DNA of 64,000 nucleotides from Candidatus Omnitrophota bacterium (GTDB lineage Bacteria; Omnitrophota; Gorgyraeia; Gygaellales; Profunditerraquicolaceae): NCBI GenBank assembly GCA_026387475.1, contig JAPLLN010000049.1, positions 16,556 to 80,555 of the forward strand, read 5' to 3'. Shown piece by piece: positions 62,003 to 64,000 of this stretch (position 1 is its first letter; each line of letters starts with the position of its first letter). The notes under the pieces were generated by a model. It saw only the letters and a program-made list of their open reading frames with translations, ran no database searches and was not told where the DNA came from. The position numbers and the translations under genes were made by a program.

Positions 62003-62437
62003 ATGAATATCAAAAAAATGGTTGCCAGAGAAGGGTTAATTTTACTCGCCTGTGCTATATGTGCAGGTCTTTTTCTATTCCTTCAAAGCCTTATCCCTTA
62101 TTGTAGCCCAAAATATGAGTATGACATTAAAACAAGTGGACATAAGTATGTTGTATCAACTCAAGAAGCAATCTATTCATTTGAGTTCAAAGATAAGGCA
62201 GAATTATATAAAACGCTCCAAGATAAATACCCAAAAGATTTGGGTAAAAATGACGGCGTTGATTTTGTTCCCGATGACTTAAAGATTAGCCCCCCAAAAA
62301 CTATTTATAACTTCGCAGGACATATAAGAAACTTGCTGGGAAATTTGGGTCTGCTGTCAATTTTTGTCGTATATCCATTGTATTTAATAATCTGTTTCGT
62401 GATGTGGGCGGTGAAAACCTTAAAAGGCAAGGAGTAA
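62003..62437 (+). CDS. Membrane protein (144 aa); paralog B of the tandem pair.
   Basis: N-terminal MNIKKMVAREGLILLACAICAGLFLFL and C-terminal ...GLLSIFVVYPLYLIICFVMWAVKTLKGKE. The central region is unrelated to paralog A. Confidence 0.6.
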   Translation: MNIKKMVAREGLILLACAICAGLFLFLQSLIPYCSPKYEYDIKTSGHKYVVSTQEAIYSFEFKDKAELYKTLQDKYPKDLGKNDGVDFVPDDLKISPPKTIYNFAGHIRNLLGNLGLLSIFVVYPLYLIICFVMWAVKTLKGKE

Positions 62438-62440
62438 ATT

Positions 62441-63079
62441 ATGAAAAAATTCTTATTATTGTGCTTATGTTTAGCATTGGCTTGGCAGATTAAAGTCTGT
62501 GCTTCGGCAGAAGAAACACCTAACTCAAAATATACAATAAACAAAATTGAATTAAGTATGAACGGCAATAATCATTTCTCTGGTAGAGCGATTTTTTACC
62601 CGCCCGAAAGAAAAGCAGTCTTTGAGATAATAAATAAAGGCAAAATGCCTTTTGATTTTAAGGACGCTCTCTTTTATGCTGTTACCTCTCTCCCCAACAA
62701 AGCGGTTTATCAACTTGAATATGATAAAACATATTATAAACAAAACCAACGAATAAGTTTGGTCAGTAACCCCGAAGATACTACCGCTATTCAATGTATT
62801 GTGCCAAGCAATTTCGTTTATGTCTCTGGGGCTTATATTAAACTGATTGATGGCACTAAGATTTATTTTGAGTATGAAGAATTGACTGCGTGGCAAAGAT
62901 TCTATAAGGGTTTACTAAAGACGATAGGGATTAGTAATCAAGACAAGTTCCCCAAAGACGAAGAAGGATGGAAAACACTTGCTACTTCTTCGGGCAAACG
63001 CTTCCGATATAAACAAGTAGATAAGGAAGAAAAGGACTGGTGGGAAAATCTTCCAAACAATGAAGGTAGTGCGAGGTAA
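62441..63079 (+). CDS. Secreted hypothetical protein (212 aa).
   Basis: RBS AAGGAG upstream. Signal peptide MKKFLLLCLCLALAWQIKVCASA. Confidence 0.55.
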   Translation: MKKFLLLCLCLALAWQIKVCASAEETPNSKYTINKIELSMNGNNHFSGRAIFYPPERKAVFEIINKGKMPFDFKDALFYAVTSLPNKAVYQLEYDKTYYKQNQRISLVSNPEDTTAIQCIVPSNFVYVSGAYIKLIDGTKIYFEYEELTAWQRFYKGLLKTIGISNQDKFPKDEEGWKTLATSSGKRFRYKQVDKEEKDWWENLPNNEGSAR

Positions 63080-63094
63080 CTAAAGGAGATTCCT

Positions 63095-63730
63095 ATGACT
63101 ATGGATATGAATATGGTCGCATTTATTTCGGGCGTGGTTTCTGTGATTTTGGGCTTCTTGGCTATTGCCTTATCTGTCATTTTTTACATTCAAGCAAAGG
63201 CGACAGAAAAAGAAACGGCAAAAACACTTGAACGTATTCAAGCACAAGCAGAAACTCTTAAAAGTATCACAGATAAACATATGACCCGATTGATTAGGCA
63301 CGCTACCGAGCAAAAGCCAATTGAAGAAATTCTAACAATAATCGCGACCGTAAAGAATCTCCCTGATACAAACCTACAATTGCATCTTCAACAGAGAGAA
63401 ATTGATGCCCTAACTGCTCAAGCAATCGAAGGCTACATTGGCTCTTATTACTACTCTGCAGTTACAAATTGTTTACTGCAATTTTATCTTCCTGATGCAA
63501 AAAGTTTTGATAGCACTAATCCGGGGCACGTTTTCACAAAAACAATGATTGATACGAGTCTCGGGGATTTTAATAACCTTAAAATCTTATTTGGACGAAT
63601 AAATCAAGCGCTAATCCAAAGCAGTCCAGTATATTCATACTATACTTCAGCAGAGCAATTTTGGTCTCCCCTTATTAAGGATTCTGCGACTTGTTTTGTA
63701 GACAAGGAGCAAGGAGGGGTTCAGGAATAA
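63095..63730 (+). CDS. Membrane-anchored hypothetical protein (211 aa).
   Basis: RBS AAGGAG upstream. N-terminal TM segment VAFISGVVSVILGFLAIALSVIFYI. Confidence 0.55.
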   Translation: MTMDMNMVAFISGVVSVILGFLAIALSVIFYIQAKATEKETAKTLERIQAQAETLKSITDKHMTRLIRHATEQKPIEEILTIIATVKNLPDTNLQLHLQQREIDALTAQAIEGYIGSYYYSAVTNCLLQFYLPDAKSFDSTNPGHVFTKTMIDTSLGDFNNLKILFGRINQALIQSSPVYSYYTSAEQFWSPLIKDSATCFVDKEQGGVQE

Positions 63731-64000
63731 ATGAAGGCGATTATCTATACAAGAGTCAGCACTGTCGAGCAAGCCGATAAAGGATACAGCCTCGAAGGGC
63801 AAGAAAAAGAATGCCGGAATTTTGCCCTCCTGAACGGATATCCTATTGATAAGGTCTTCGTTGAGCGGGGCGAAAGCGCAAAGACACAACAAAGGACAGA
63901 ACTTCAAAGACTCATCAAGTATTCCGTTGAGCACAAGAAAGAACTTTCCGTCCTTATCATTTGGAAATATGACCGTTTCGCCAGAAATCTCTCCGACCAA
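63731..64000 (+). CDS. Serine recombinase (resolvase/invertase-type catalytic domain), N-terminal 90 aa only; continues beyond the window.
   Basis: RBS AAGGAGGGG at 63712–63720, ATG at 63731. MKAIIYTRVSTVEQADKGYSLEGQEKECRNFALLNGYPIDKVFVERGESAKTQQRTELQRLIKY... matches the serine-recombinase N-terminal YxRVSTxxQ motif with the catalytic Ser. It is absent from the ORF track because it has no in-window stop. Confidence 0.75.
   Translation, partial: MKAIIYTRVSTVEQADKGYSLEGQEKECRNFALLNGYPIDKVFVERGESAKTQQRTELQRLIKYSVEHKKELSVLIIWKYDRFARNLSDQ

Larger units (their letters stand above)
56880..64000. mobile_element. Putative integrative / horizontally acquired island, AT-rich relative to the rest of the window, with a serine recombinase at the right edge. 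Boundaries are not defined.
   Basis: Visibly lower GC from about 56.9 kb on. It holds an XRE regulator, a MerR-like regulator, small accessory genes with AGGAG RBSs, and an N-terminal serine-recombinase catalytic domain at 63731 running off-window. Confidence 0.4.

Noticed and set aside
62305-63180. Minus-strand ORFs 62305–62568, 62552–62896 and 62938–63180.
   Set aside because: They are antisense to a plus-strand gene series that each have AGGAG RBSs and signal or TM features.
63647-64000. Minus-strand 117-aa ORF at the right edge.
   Set aside because: The plus strand encodes an unmistakable serine-recombinase N-terminus with a strong RBS. The minus ORF is its shadow.

Overview
Nearly all coding in this window is on the minus strand, and five things stand out.

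1. **Giant ORF (1–31889, minus).** Start at 31889, with an alternative in-frame ATG at 31982; no stop codon before the left edge of the window, so more than 31.8 kb (over 10,600 codons) is visible. The ORF track does not list ORFs that lack an in-window stop, which explains its absence there, and it lists only short antisense ORFs across this span. The stop-free reading rests on partial hand translation from 31982 down to about 15,700 and from about 10,200 down to about 600 (the 15,700–10,200 span was only sampled at the REC-like and M24-like modules), and an error is possible. The protein has an N-terminal signal/TM segment followed by a mosaic of recognisable modules: roughly 290-aa tandem repeats, a caspase/CHAT-like His–Cys domain, an M24 (pita-bread) peptidase-like domain, a receiver-like domain, a subtilisin-like module preceded by an internal twin-arginine/lipobox-like sequence, a multi-TM block, a LysM and a coiled coil.
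2. **Two large secreted proteins (32498–35164 and 35368–38265, minus).** One is a TPR/Pro-rich repeat protein and one is Gly/Ser/Pro-rich. Each ends in a tandem pair of a 13-nt motif followed by a hairpin terminator.
3. **A complete Tad/Flp pilus locus (38.3–54.4 kb, minus).** It carries at least 8 Flp-like pilins with a G/A-Q-S-x-L-E-Y motif, TadE/F/G-like pseudopilins, TadB and TadC, a ParA-like/CpaF fusion ATPase, a CpaC secretin with a C-terminal TonB_C-like domain, CpaB and a parvulin-type PPIase. The locus is split by a plus-strand DDE-transposase-like gene (promoter overlapped by the 13-nt motif), an IS200-like REP-associated tyrosine transposase flanked by GGGACACCCT/AGGGTGTCCC hairpins, and a DUF192-like gene. 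A polytopic TPR membrane protein follows at 54.7–56.8 kb.
4. **An AT-rich island (about 56.9 kb to beyond 64 kb).** It holds an XRE regulator, a three-gene cassette of unknown function, an OMP-like beta-barrel, a MerR-like protein, paralogous small membrane proteins and a serine recombinase that runs off the right edge.
5. **The motif AATGTCCAATCTG recurs 7 times at three loci.** Two loci are 3' ends of the large secreted-protein genes; the third is the promoter of the DDE-transposase-like gene.

No rRNA, tRNA or CRISPR array was recognised.
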